64,000 bases of DNA from Psammoneis japonica (taxonomy: Eukaryota). The stretch lies in assembly GCA_008632985.1 (NCBI GenBank), contig QPGO01000020.1, positions 620,001 to 684,000 on the forward strand. The letters run 5' to 3'. The position numbers and the translations under genes are program-made. Below are positions 25,352 through 38,357 of this stretch, one piece after another (the first letter of the stretch is position 1; each line of letters begins with the position of its first letter). The notes under the pieces were generated by a model, which worked only from the letters and a program-made list of their open reading frames with translations, was not told the DNA's origin and searched no databases.

Positions 25352-25698
25352 CATGCCAGGAATTTGTGGGTGTTCCACACGAGTTCTGAACCACCACGAC
25401 TTGTTTCACGATTGTTGGGAACAGGGTTTGTGAGTGCCATGAAGGTGTTGGCTAAAAGATTTGACGGAGGATGTGTGTTGAAAACGGCATCCACGTTCAT
25501 CACACACACAGTGTGGTGCCGTCGTCAACAGCAGCGTCGAGTCGTCGTCGTCCAACAGATGATTGATGCGCTTCCGCGCGCGGTCTCGATCATCAGGTCG
25601 GATAGCGGAGGGAAGTTTCGCAAGTTGAAGTTCGCATGCATGCCGGTATCTTTGATCTTTGGCGCGTTTGGAAATACAGTACGAAATGGGTACTGTAG

Positions 25699-25748
25699 CT
25701 ACAATGCCGTTCGTTCGTTCGTTCGAGAGAGAGAGAGAGAGAGAGAGT
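25699..25748 (+). repeat. (TTCG)n + (GA)n microsatellite
   Basis: Directly visible. Confidence 0.9.
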
Positions 25749-27502
25749 AGGTTCACAAAGAATAGACCACACGTCTTTACCGACCAAGTTGAAGCGCAGG
25801 TTGAAGCGCTCTACTAGCTGGAACATTCCGATCATGGATCATGGCTCACGTTTAACAGCGGTCATCCTTTGTCGAGTCAAACACCACGGAGGACCGGGGG
25901 GATGAAAGAAGAAGCGACAAACCTACCGCTACGGACGAGATTGCGTTTGTTTGGCGACTATTTTGTGCTGAAGCTGAGAGACAAACGCCGGAAACTCTCC
26001 TCGAGTGAATTTATTTCCCACGGTGCTGTTGGATTCTGAGCTTAAAGCCGTTTGCTTTGAATTGGGATGAAGCCTTGTTGTGTCCAGCAGTTGCGCTCAT
26101 TTGTTTTGCTTCGATCCATTCATTTAATATCCTTCAAATTTCGGACCTTTCTTTTGTATCGTATTTGATATCGCCTCCGGAGGCGGTGCTTTGGAATCGT
26201 CTCTTGTACACGCCGCAGAGTGACGATTGACAGGAATAAGACCTCTGGTCTGCCATTGCTATCAAAGAAAGACAAGATGTTTGACAAGTGTATTTGCAGG
26301 AAGCTTATCTCTTGTACTGCCGTTGACGACGCTGTTGTCGTATTGAACGAGCTTATGCAAGCGGCGGATGCGTTGATATCTGCAGCTCAAAAGACGGTTT
26401 CAACATTGTCATCCAACAACATTATGCGGTCGTCATCCAATCAACGGAAGCAAGCATAACACGATTTTTTGCTGTAATCAACTGGAAAGCTACAAGAGCC
26501 AATAGTTTTCAAAGAAAAAGAATATCAATTCAATAGTGGAGCGTTAAACTTGTGAAGTGGCTGCGTCAGAGGTTTGCGTGTAATAGTGTGTCTTGTGGAG
26601 AGCTTTCGATGCAGTTGCTGAGCTGGACTATTGGTTGGAGGTGGCGTTGCAGTAATGGAGGATATGAAGGAGAGCCCATGACTGTGTTTTGCGGTATTTT
26701 TCTGTCCCTCTCTGGTTCACGGCCTTTATTTATACTACGGGTACCTCTCCTGAGTCATAATTCACAGGGAGCTTTTGCGTGTTCCAGCTACAATCCAAGA
26801 TTGGTCTATCGTTGCTCATTAATAATTGCTTCTTCTGCTTTCCTTTTGGCTACGCGGAAAAGTGGTATTTAGAGACGGACGCCGCTTTATGGGTCGTCAA
26901 CGCAGTTTGATGCGACTCACACTTGAAAGGGTTTGGTCATGGCAGACTGGCGGTAGTCTGCCTGCACTGATTCGAGAATGCATCTATTGCCTGATCTCTG
27001 GAATCTCGTCTGCACGTAGCTAAGGATCCTTGAAGTGAGTCGCCCGAGTCTTTTGTATTTTCAGATTTGGGAAATTATGAACGTATGATGCCAGACATCA
27101 TTGTTCCAGCAGAGTGGGTTGGCCACGGCCCTTGCACCCGCCGTTGGTTGGAAGGTTCACCAGCAGCTGTGCCGCTTGACTTGCATTGCGGGAACTCCCA
27201 GCTCCAGTGTTGCTGATACCGGAAGAGGTTTTGGAAGACTTCATCTGCTCAATCTGTATGACGATTCCTGTCGATGCAGTCATCTCTCTGACAGTATCCA
27301 AGAAGTGTACGCCTTCGTACCATCATCTTATTTATTGAAGTTTTGGCTGCTCCTCAAGGTGTCTTTGAAGCGAGAGCGCTAGCCGCTGCGTCTCGAAGCA
27401 TTCGGATGTCATACTTTGTGTGAGTTGTTCATGTAATCACTATCTTCGAAAAGAACGATTTCTTCTTCTCGTCCGCTTGTCTTCTTTCTTGTGCTCGTCA
27501 CC

Positions 27503-28802
27503 ACAAGAATGGGTTGGCTTGGACGGAATTGCCTTAAGGTATCAAGTCGCTTGTGATGGACGATACTTGATGGGTTCAAACACTGCATTGTGGGTACAGT
27601 ATACCTCTACTGCATCTACAATGAAGACATCCTGGGCGCACAATAATTGTACCAATCGAATCATGCTTTCTCGAGTTGGCGGAGAGTCATCGACTAGTAG
27701 TGCACGACAATGTCATCTTCTCAACTAGCCCTACAAACCCATCGGAAATGCTTACTGCACGGTGGGAGAATTCGGCATTCATGTCATTCGACAAAAACCT
27801 GTGTCACTGGCTCATCACACTGACTCTGCCGCAAAGCGGCCACGAACACAACATTAAAGATAAGAGAACGAAGGAAAACGACTAGACGTGAAAATTTGAC
27901 GTTCTCAAAGGTACCAAATGGTCGCCTGCTTCAGTACCGATAACAGCAGATTCTCCCTTGTCCAGGTCGCTGGAGAAGAGAAAATCCCGATTATATCTAT
28001 TGTTGTTTGAGCGTATGGGTATTGTACACAGACTATCTAACCGCAAGAATTGGTTGGCTTGGACGGAATTGCCTTGGGGTATCAAGTCGCTTGTGATGGA
28101 CGATACTTTCAAACACCGTATTGTGGGTGCAGTATACCTCTACTGCATCTACAACTGCAGACAAGAATTGGTTGGCTTGGACGGAATTGCCTTGGGGTAT
28201 CAAGTCGCTTGTGATAGACGATACTTGATGGGTTCAAACACTGTATTTTGGGTACAGCATACCTCTACTGCATGTACAACTGAAGACAGTGAAGAGGACA
28301 TCCGAGTTTTCATACTGTCGAAGCGGGAATTGATGGTGCGTGCCTCTACTAGAGGTAGCACCAACAGCTCAAGATCAGTTCCTGCCTTGGAGGCATCCTG
28401 GGCGCTCAACAATTGTCGAATCATGCTTTCTCGAGTCGACGGAGAACCATCGACTAGCAGTGCACGACAATGTCATCTTCTCAACTCGCCCTACAAACCC
28501 ATCGGAAATGCTTGCTGCACAGTGGGAGAATTCGGCATTCGTGACATTCGACAAAAACCTGTGTCACTGGCTCATCACACTGACTCTGCCGCAAAGCGGC
28601 CACGAACACAACATTTAAAGACAAGAGAACAAAGGAAAGCAACTAGACGTGAATTTGACGTTCTCAAAGCTGTCAAAACGGTCGCCTGCTTCAGCACCGA
28701 TGACCGTAGATTCTCTCTTGTCCTGGTCGCTGGAGAAGAGAAAAGTCCCGATTAAATCTATTGTTGCTTGAGCGTGTGGGTATGGTACACAGACGATCTA
28801 AG
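27503..28802 (+). repeat. Tandem segmental duplication (unit starts at ~27503, ~28044 [partial] and ~28162)
   Basis: caagaat.ggttggcttggacggaattgcctt..ggtatcaagtcgcttgtgat occurs three times; the following ~400 bp are duplicated with high identity. Confidence 0.9.
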
Positions 28803-29106
28803 CTAGAGTATAGCACTCCCTCGTTGGCCGTAGCCGGCTTCTCCCCACGACGTGTGGGGCGCCTATTCCATCTTTAGTTTTTATCGTGTGACTCTTCTAG
28901 AAACTCGGATTATGAGCTTCTTCTCGGCACCTAAGGCGGTCAGGCTACTCAAGGTTGCTCCATTATCCGCGCTGCTCTCAAATCCCTTAATCCACCCGCT
29001 CTGCACTTGAGTCCCTATCCACCGCACTTACAGTAGCTCTTGATTGCTTTGTAGCCCAGGTTTCGTTGATTCTGGCGTTTCGAGTTTCCAAAATCCGTAA
29101 AAGTTT

Positions 29107-29410
29107 GAATGTAGGTACACGTTGGTTGTGCGCATGTTCTGAACTGCAGGCGCCACGAAAATTCTGGTTTGAATATCGCTACTCACCCGACTTACCGTTC
29201 ACGCATTTAACGGTCAGTGCCTTTGTCATTCAAGGATACGGTATCAACAAATTGCGCCAACGATAACGTCAATTCTTTCCACATCTCCGCAAACTGAACC
29301 ATGCTTACTGTCGGAATGCAGGTACGTGTTTTGTGCATATTCTATCGCGAACTGCGGGCGCCGCGAACATTCTTGGGTGAATATCGCTGCTCACCCGAAT
29401 CTTACCGATC
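29107..29410 (+). repeat. Two diverged ~95-bp direct repeats
   Basis: gaatg.aggtac...gaactgc.ggcgcc.cgaa.attct...tgaatatcgct.ctcacccga at ~29107 and ~29314. Confidence 0.75.
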
Positions 29411-31723
29411 GTAGATCATGAAAGCAACAACACAACCTTGATTATTCATGTGCATGGAATCAGCTTGGGCAGTTAATAAAACTCATTTCAATGCATTCGT
29501 CTGGAACCGGTAAAGCAATCAAGAGCCAGTGCATTCCCAGCGCGCCGTCTTCATCTTCTTGCCTCGACTTGTCTTCGAACCGCGCTCTCCTTATCTTCCG
29601 CTTTTAAATCATTCGTTACTTGCTTGGTATCTCTCTCGATCTCCCACCACTATCTCCCTCTCGAACGACTCTCGAATCATCGCGTATATCCTCTCGCTCC
29701 ACCAACATAAACGGCACGTGTGGCCAACTTTCACAGTTGATACAATGTGCCGAATACGTAGATTCCAATCATCATTATCGTTGCCATTCGTATCTATTTT
29801 TTAGAGTACAAAAGTGTCGCGTAAGTTACAGTTAATAATATTGCTCGAGAATGAGTCAAGACAATTGCACCGACGGTTGTCACAAGAAACTACAGACCCG
29901 TACTGTAGATGAGTAGTCCATCATGCTACATGGTGATACGAGGTCGATTGATACACTCAACGAAATACACAGAGAAAAGAAGTCACAGGCCAATAATCCT
30001 CGCCAGGTCCATGTTTGCAACGACCGCCGATCGTCTGCAACACGAGAACACGAGGCGACTCACCCTCTAGCGGAGCAACCTTGGTTATCAATGAGCCCAC
30101 GTGCTTCCAACAAAGGCGATGAACGAGTTGTTTGCCTTGTGAACGCGTGAGCATAGTCAGTCTGTTTTGACTTGACCGCCATTTTTTGAAACCGACGCCA
30201 TATTCGTCCAAATTGTGGGCTGTCGTAACAACGACTTTAACTCATAACCGTTTCCGTATTATGTGTTATATTGACATGCGAACCATACGACGTCATAGTA
30301 TTAATATATATATTCATATTTGTTGATATTTTGTATTCGAAATCGATTTTTCCCCGCAATCCTTCGCGATCGGAGACCGACCATGTTGCCCCACAACTAG
30401 CCCTAACATACAATAGATTCGTGGTGCTCTCAATCAAAACCCAACAGCATCACAAAGTTCTCCATAACAATGGCCTTGTCACCATCAATGCAATTTACAT
30501 GTCGAGCTGTGTTACTTTCCATAGGAGAACATAGACATTGATTGTGACACAGACTGAAGGAGCCGGGTTCAGACAATGGTGTACCTCAGATTTCCCTCTA
30601 CCTCTCTATGCCTTTGCCAGTAGCCTTGAAGAAGAAAAAGAAGAAGAATCCAACGAAGATATGTTTGGTGGTGAGCAAGCCTTGATGAGCTTTCAGATCC
30701 AGCCAATAGTCTCTTGCCCGAAAATAAAAAAAATCCTTCTCAGTGATATCTTGAGCGCAAATTAAGAGATTCGTGATACAAGTACAAGTACAAGCTACTG
30801 CACTCCAAGATGGAAAGGTATGAATTGCGCACTCGTTCTCATGCTATTGATGAGGTCCAAAAATGATTTTCTTCATACAGTATTTCTGCTTACCATTTCC
30901 CTAACCCGTCGCTTTCTTTTGTTTCCACATTTTTTGATAGATCGATTCTCCCACGGCGACACATTGAAAGCGTGGGAGTCGAAGTGAGAATAATGCAGAT
31001 TACTGTTATATCAGCTTGCTGTCACTACGAATCGGCGCTCGTTGAAGCGGTACTTTTGGTAAATCAGTCGATACATTTATCGAACGAGCTGCAAGACTGA
31101 ATCCGCATTGGCCAGCATTTGAGCTGTCTGCTTCCAAAGAGAGCTATCAAGACAAACGATATCATATGAGATCTGCAGAACAAGTGCAACTAGAAGTACA
31201 ACAGAGAAGAGTCGCGACGATTGTCAACAGCAATACAGTATGATCGCTACGATGGTATGGGATCGTTCGTGTGAAGAGCTACTGCAACTCACCGGTGGGT
31301 TTGTGAAGAGGGAAGCGCTGTAGCAGTAGCCTGCCTGTTATAGAGACACATACTTTTTGGGGACTCTATTCATGCTTTCGTATCTTGCATCTCGACCGGC
31401 CTGCTTAGATTTGGGGAGAGTTACTGCACATGTTTTGTTGGGGACTTATTTTCGAGCTCCCTTGCTTTCATAACCTGTATAGTGTTGCGCTCTCCGCTAT
31501 ATGGTTGTAGTTTTTGCTCGAGTTACTTAAAGCGTAACCTCGCAGAGCAAAAAAAAAAAAACGATGCACTGTACAAAAGGAATGGCCGAAGCATTCTTGT
31601 AACATGATTATTTCAATCCGCTAAGGGGGTGATGTAAGCTACTGGTACATAAGGTGGTCCTTATTTACGTAGAACTATTTCTATTTGCATCGCTACTCTG
31701 TGGCTGTTCTAAAGAGAGGCAGA

Positions 31724-32105
31724 CTAAACAATTCCATACGAGTCCATTCTAGAGCTGACAGCTTCATAAGTCATGAAAGTAATTGCCTGTCCTGGCATGA
31801 TTCGCATAAGACGTGGCGAAATGCCCTTCCAGAGAGCCAGGTATCCCTCTTCCTCGGCAATCACGGTACAAGATGGAAACAATCCCATACTTTGGCGTTT
31901 TGCCCGGCACAACCACTTGCTTTTGCATACGAGTCTTGACCACATCCAAGGGGTTGTTCACCATGGGTCCCATACCTCCAGAGATACCTCCCATGACTAA
32001 AGATTGCCAGTGTTGCAGTTCAGTAGTGCCCTGGTATTCCAAGAGTTTTCTCTTGAACGCTTAGTAGGCTGTAAAGTTGGATGCCTGATTGTATCCCTGC
32101 CTCAT
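31724..32105 (-). pseudogene. Mitochondrial carrier C-terminal fragment, succinate/fumarate (SFC1)-like
   Basis: RQGYNQASNFTAY* then GGISGGMGPMVNNPLDVVKTRMQKQ, a frameshift, then EEGYLALWKGISPRLMRIMPGQAITFMTYEAV. Confidence 0.85.
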
Positions 32106-32204
32106 CGTAATCGTAAAGGCCGTTTGCAATATATTGGTGTATTTGCGATAATGCGCCTGAGAAGGATCCAATAACGAACATTTGCAAAGCTCAATCCCCA
32201 TCGG

Positions 32205-32741
32205 ATGGAGGAGAAAGAACAACAAGAAGAAATCTTGCTATCATCCTTCTGGACGTTCCCTTTGGAGAACGTCCGGCTACCACCGGGATTGGGCAAGACG
32301 CTGCTTACCACGAAGAGTATTGAAGCGTTTGCCTTGGATGGAGTAGGCCGAGCTGATCAAAATTTCGACTTGTTGGTTCTGTCACATCAACTCTGAAACT
32401 CGTGCATCATATTTGGACGACTTTTGGATATGTTCCGAGTGCCGGTGCTTGATTACGTGCCTCTCTCGCGATTAATAGTTGCAAAGCAGACGAATCGAAC
32501 AGAAGCATGCACAACCTCTGTTGACAAGATTGCAGACTTTTTGAGCTCAGAAGGAATCAGGTTATTGTTTGTTTGTTGCGAAGGGCACATGGGATTTCTA
32601 AATATGTCTGGATACGGTCTCTTTGACTCGAAGCTTCCCGCTGACTACCGTCTGTTTCTAACAGCTACTCCTCGTCAGCATACGGACGCTCCCAAACAGG
32701 TTAACATTATCGCTGGCAAGCTCTGTAAGGATGGGTCTTGA
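32205..32741 (+). pseudogene. Superfamily-2 helicase-like remnant
   Basis: Degenerate Walker A (LPPGLGKTLL) and motif III (RLFLTATPR), broken by stops. Confidence 0.45.
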
Positions 32742-34226
32742 ACGCCGATTTCCATTAAAAAATCTTAGCCCAAGAAGGAGGGGAGTATGCAGTTTTAACA
32801 TCTTGCAGTGATGGTGTGGAGTCAAAACGTAACGGCTCCCATTACGCTCTTGGCTTTGGAAAGCAATGTAACCAGTGTCTTTGTTGGCGATTCGCTTATT
32901 GCTGATTCCATGCCATACACCAAGGTTTCCTTTCATCCATCTACTTTCTATTCCATGAACCCTATGCCTTGCACGTACTTTTGCGCGTGACGCATGACCA
33001 GATTTCGAGAAGTTCGATATCACTACATTTGCTGTTAGTGGCGGCTCGGACATGTCTACTTCCAGTCGGGACGATATTTTGTCGAGATTGAAAAGAGCGA
33101 CCATATCGACTGTTTCCAAATGTAGAGATTTGGTAACATGCGCGGACGGGCGGATTGGGAGTTTGTAGTCATGGCGGATCCACTCCGAAGCACCGTTGAC
33201 AACCCGACAAAATGATTGAAGAAGTCGCCTCGAGTTGTGAGAGGGAGCGTTTGCTACCTATTCGTATATTCCTCAGGGAACACGTCAAACGGAGCAACCA
33301 AAATGGCTCATGGGCGCACCGGTCGAGTGGACCATTGTCTGTTGCTGAGACTCGACGAAGCCCGTAGGTTGATGCACTTCCGTATGCATGGAGGAGCTTT
33401 TCAAGAAAAGCCTCATCGAACCGACTGAACGAAGAGATGCGCTTGTTGCGAAGGAGCATTGTCTGCTACTGGCACTTGATTAAGGTGGGAGGTAGATGCA
33501 CGCTGGGTAATATGTTTCAAACCCGAGTTACTTACTCGAATGAAAGATATTTGGAGGAGATCGAGGAAGCTCTTATGGATATAAGTCAACGCATTGTTCT
33601 TGCAAGTGAATTTTGGAAGCAGTTATCTCCGAGTCAATGTCCCGAGGAAACTGCGGCATGAGACCACCAACACTAGCTCAACCACTAAAGGACGAATGAG
33701 AGATTCAGCTGTGCGATATGTTGTGATGCATCTATTCATCCAAAACAGCATCCAACGAAACTTGCTTGTGACAAATGGCGTTGATCGATACAATCTCTGA
33801 CTCTTGCATCTCGGGTTTATCAATCGTCTCGAGCTTGACAGAAACAGTAGCCATGAGTCGAGGCGGACGGGCGACACACTTGGTGACCGAATCGAGCCTA
33901 GAGACTGGATTCCAAAAAGCAGTGGCATACACACCAACTTGGCATCCTGCCAGCAATCTAGCTACATACAGAATATGTAAACGCACACCCAGTGGTGTTA
34001 AAGATGTCCTGTACTCACGCTTCAAAAGCCGACAAATCTATTCATAGTACAGCCGACAACCGGTAGAAAGAATAACCTGCTCGAGAATAGGGGACCGCTT
34101 GGTATTTTCAACCGGCGTTATTTATCCAAAAAATGAAAGCCGGTAACGCAGGCTGGAACAACTCAATTGTAGCTCCGCTCGGAGGAGACGACGCCAGAGA
34201 CATTACATCTACCGATACCCAAGAGC

Positions 34227-34806
34227 TCACACTGCCGGCTGCAACCTATCGGGAGTTGTCTGTTTCTCTACAATCTCGTCGTCCGATGTCTTGTACCTGA
34301 TTGTCTGTTTCCGCGTACGCGAGGACAAAAAGCAAAAAGACAAATAAGATATCTAAGCATCTCCATGTAGTTAAAAGCCACGCAATCAATCAGGCCACAT
34401 CACAGCAACAATCTGTACGAATCCTTACATAGTACGGTTTGTCTGGGCCGTCATCCAAGTGGACACCAACGACTGTAGCTTCATGATATTTATCGGTGGC
34501 CCGGTGGTGATAAATAACATTCTGCTTCTCTTGAAGCACGTCAAACGCTTTCGGTGTGTCTTGAGTCTTGACGGAGGTACTTGTAACAGCGCCGGAATTT
34601 GTTTCACCTGACGTATTGCCAGTTCCAAGGCTGTCTTTGCGTTTGAACTCTACGGGATAGTTCTCCTCTGCCTTTTTGTCTGAACCAAGAACATCTTCGG
34701 TACGATTGTCCTCCCGTCGTTTTGATGATCCATTTCTTGGATCCGCTGATGTGCTTGGATCCTTTTCTGACCTGCAACAACAAAGCCGGCTCAGCAGCGA
34801 CGACAT
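34227..34806 (-). CDS. Small hypothetical protein; exons 34806-34429 and 34304-34227
   Basis: N-terminal CCC cluster (possible palmitoylation). A GT..AG intron joins VVGVHLDDGPDKPYY to TIRYK..EKQTTPDRL, an SH3/Tudor-like segment. Confidence 0.7.
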
Positions 34807-35158
34807 GACGCAATTTTCTCGCTTATGGACAGTGTGACTGTTCCGGCGTCGCGGTGTTGCGTTTGTTTGTGTTGCTAATGCCCTTGCTGGATCTATGATC
34901 TATGATAAGAAGTGTTGTGTTGCTTCGCAGTTCAGGTTGTTGACGCCGCATCGTCCACATTGAACGCATCCACCATCCACAGGCTGAAGAATCGCGTTTT
35001 CGATTTGGGTGGCTGTACTGTACCGCACTTGATAGAATATATATTATGTTATTATACATACATAATGATATATTCTAACGGTATCCGTTGATACCGAAAA
35101 TTTGAAATTCCCAAACGGTATTGTCGAGCTCATTTTTTCACTTTCCACACAATAAACG

Positions 35159-36442
35159 ATGACAATGACGCTGCATCTACAATGGATAGCTACTGTTGGA
35201 ATCATCCTTCTAGTATCGTATAACCTTTGCACGTCATATTTTGCCACCGTCGATCAAGGAAACTTAAGTAGGGGTGCTTTTCTGATGCACGTTGCATTGG
35301 AAGAATACACAAAAACAGCTCCGACCGCTCATGTCGCACCGAAGAATAGTTGGTTTACTCCGGCCAACGAGAGTTTTGCTGCATGTCTCATGACAAGTGA
35401 CGATAATTGGATCCTTTCCGAATGGATAGCATATCACTACACCGTACTGCCACTTCGGGCGTTGGTGGTTGCCAACGATCCTCGTTCCAAGCAATCTCCG
35501 CTCGACGTCTTGGAAAAATGGGAAAACACTTCCGAGGCGACGAGGGATAATGCTGCTGTACTACAATACTGGATCTGGGACGACTCAGATTACATGAAAT
35601 CATCCGAACTAAAACTTGTACAGGAGATACTGGAGAAAAGGGGGAACCACCATCAATTGAAGCTTAGACAACGACACTTTATATCAGCGTGCACCAAGTT
35701 TTTCAAGGAGCAGAATCGAACGTGGGTATCGTTTACAGACTCGGACGAATTCATCACGTTCAATAAAGTACATGCTACAGATGACGAGGAGCTCAGATTT
35801 TCTGACGACTCAGCGAGATCCATTCCTAATACAACTATTGGCGAGCTTGTTCAATTACGCGAGTCGGTTCCAAACAACACGACCGTTCTAGAGGCAATCC
35901 GAAAAATACAAAATGTGCTACCAAGGCTCGGCCCTTGCCACACCATGCCTCGTTTATTACATGGCTCTCTCGAAACAGCAAATTGCAGTAAAACCTCACG
36001 ACAGCTTGCGCAAACGAACGATCACCTTGCGTCACTTTTCAAGGATGCTATCGAAAACCTGACAACCTTGCGATACTTTCAGCATGCGGGCAAGAACAGC
36101 TTTGACAATCGGTGGGGCAAGGTCATAATGGACGTTTCCAGGCTACACAACTCATCAGTCTACCAGACATTCCCCCGAAACATACACCGTCCTTATCCAG
36201 CGGAATGTATTGTCCCCATGGTGCCCATGGCGGAAGCGCCTTTTCGTGTTCATCACTACATTGGACCATGGGAACGCTTCAGCTCACGGAGTTACGACAG
36301 TCGACGAACCAACAAGTCTTGGGTCAGCCGATCATCAATGGACATTGGGGACTCTTGTGACTTGGAGATACATAAATGGCTGCCTAGATTTGTAAATGTC
36401 GTTGGAGTCGAAAAGGCGATTGATATATTAAAATGGCATTGA
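35159..36442 (+). CDS. Type II membrane glycosyltransferase, GT-A fold (GT92/GT2-like)
   Basis: 427-aa intact ORF; N-terminal TM segment; FAACLMTSDDNWILSEWIAYHY, WVSFTDSDEF (DxD), RVHHYIG. Confidence 0.8.
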   Translation: MTMTLHLQWIATVGIILLVSYNLCTSYFATVDQGNLSRGAFLMHVALEEYTKTAPTAHVAPKNSWFTPANESFAACLMTSDDNWILSEWIAYHYTVLPLRALVVANDPRSKQSPLDVLEKWENTSEATRDNAAVLQYWIWDDSDYMKSSELKLVQEILEKRGNHHQLKLRQRHFISACTKFFKEQNRTWVSFTDSDEFITFNKVHATDDEELRFSDDSARSIPNTTIGELVQLRESVPNNTTVLEAIRKIQNVLPRLGPCHTMPRLLHGSLETANCSKTSRQLAQTNDHLASLFKDAIENLTTLRYFQHAGKNSFDNRWGKVIMDVSRLHNSSVYQTFPRNIHRPYPAECIVPMVPMAEAPFRVHHYIGPWERFSSRSYDSRRTNKSWVSRSSMDIGDSCDLEIHKWLPRFVNVVGVEKAIDILKWH

Positions 36443-37910
36443 CATGGATTGATGGGCTGCATCTACCTTGAAACAAGTAACCCGAGCGCATGTCGTCCTT
36501 TCGTACGAACTACAGATCGAACCTCCATCCTTTGGCGCTAACTGGAAAATACTGGCGTTTCTTCTGTACGGGCTGAGACGGTTCTCAGTGAGAGTCGTTT
36601 GCATTTGACAACATCTCCAACTTGTTGCGATTCCTCTCAAAAGCGACATGCATGCTGATAGGAACTGCCCTATTGTGCGGGAACTTCTCGACAGTCAGTC
36701 ATGCCGATGCGTGCCCGACAAGCACAGGTTTTATACTTGAGTGGCATTGAGGACAGGACCTCGGTCTCTTTTCTTCTTCCTATACTTAGTTCGTGATCCA
36801 TTCCATCTTCTCGACAAGTGTCTGAGGCTTATGCTTTAGAAAGTGTCAACATGCGGGTCTATAAATTCGGATTAAAGTTCACATGTTCAAGATTTTTGCA
36901 TGATCGATCACCAGCTTAGTATCGATAGTATTGGAACCATCCGTGTGACATATCAGTCTCGACCTATGCCGTCACCGACTCATGATATTTCAGCCGACAG
37001 ATTACTGTTTGTACGTATTTTGCACTCGACGTGGATGCTCTCCGCCGTACAAAAGAAAGAAGCTAGTTCATTGAGCCCCGGCTACAAAAGAATAACATCT
37101 GAACGCTACGTCTAGATACCTTGGTGGTCTGTTCAAACGTCCAGAGGCAGAGAATGCGCTTCCGACTAACATTCTTCATCTCTTGACTCAATCTTTTGAG
37201 ACTGTAAAACCCGTCGTCATTTCGGCGAATCAAATTAGTTCTTTCCCTTCTGGTTGGAATATGATAAATCAGTGTGTGGTTGATACAGGACCCACATCCA
37301 CAATAGCTGGGTGGATTGATACATGATTGGCTCGCAACTCGCATACCACTCAGACGGAGGTTTGACGGCCCTAAGTTGATGCAGCAATCACTTGGTCCGT
37401 ATTACCTAGTTTACGGTAATGGTACGTTATCCCGGGTTCTCTAGACATCATGTACGTATGGGGAGACGGGCTTAGCGTCAGAGGTAGTAGTGGTCGTGCT
37501 ATAGCCTACATGTTGACAGCCACACACATAGGTGGAGGGTTGCACTCGTGTGATGCTGACTCTGTGGTTCGCACAAATTGTATCATGGGAACGCTGACAA
37601 CACTGATTAAGCATTCTGACTATTGCTAAATTGGTTGACCTGATAGGATTTACTGTGACATGAGAAGAAGTTTTTAGTAACTGACGTGTTTGTGCTTCGA
37701 CATTCAATCTAGCGCTTCTATCTTCTCTGGTATAAGCCAGTCGTATATCGGGCAAACGAATCACCCATCAATGATAATCCCGGTTGAAGGTGCGTGTCCT
37801 TAGGAAACGCGTTTCCCCCTCTGGTTGCACTGTAAGATCCCAGTGGAATAGAGAATCATTGGAAGAACGGCAGACACCGTTTGGACTCGGCGCAGGGCTC
37901 TGCTAGTACT

Positions 37911-38357
37911 TCAGTAAATCTTTCGGTCTGGTGGCGACATGCTCATCCTCTTTACATCTATATCGCCAAATCTTGCTCTTGTCTGACATTTGAGCCCACG
38001 ACAAGCCTCATCTTTACTTTCGGAATTGTTTTGAACTCGCTTGAGTGGCTTGACGATAGCATCTCTTTGTCGTACGCAGTATCCAACATTCGCCTTTCCT
38101 TTTCCTTGGCATCCAGGAACTTTACTGAAACGCTTGCGCTGGAAACAAACAAGGGTTCCTTGACAGTCTTCATCCGACAGGCACGATCCACTGCACCTAG
38201 GAAGAGGGTCGGTGCCGTTCTCTGCCCACGTGAGCTTCACGACGATTCGATGGTTCTCCTCGGCATCATCATGGAGAAGGCGCGCATCACCCGTTGCTGA
38301 GGATGCGATGAAGACTAAGCAGACGCTGATGAAATGGAGGAGAGTAGCTATGCGCAT
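37911..38357 (-). CDS. Secreted protein with one frustulin-type ACR domain
   Basis: Signal peptide; PLPRCSGSCLSDEDCQGTLVCFQR....VPGCQG......YC matches the ACR cysteine pattern. Confidence 0.7.
   Translation of the reverse strand: MRIATLLHFISVCLVFIASSATGDARLLHDDAEENHRIVVKLTWAENGTDPLPRCSGSCLSDEDCQGTLVCFQRKRFSKVPGCQGKGKANVGYCVRQRDAIVKPLKRVQNNSESKDEACRGLKCQTRARFGDIDVKRMSMSPPDRKIY

Larger units (their letters stand above)
14830..25600. other. Hypermutated tract 1 (TpA- and CpG-depleted, TG/CA-rich)
   Basis: Only about 15 TA dinucleotides by eye in ~10.5 kb outside the central MITE. ORFs are C/H/Q/W-rich and nearly Tyr-free. CpG returns at both margins before TpA does. Confidence 0.9.

Noticed and set aside
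14830..25600. Classical fungal RIP or CpG decay alone
   Set aside because: RIP raises TpA and AT content, and CpG decay does not consume TpA; here TpA is the most depleted dinucleotide.
14830..25600. A single large TE or endogenous virus spanning tract 1 (or tract 2)
   Set aside because: I found no TIR/LTR pair or recognisable hallmark protein, and the edges of tract 1 are gradual; not excluded, given the heavy mutation.
25677..25702. Helitron 3' hairpin (CAGTAC-n7-GTACTG)
   Set aside because: Short stem, no properly spaced CTRR end, and no RepHel remnant recognised.
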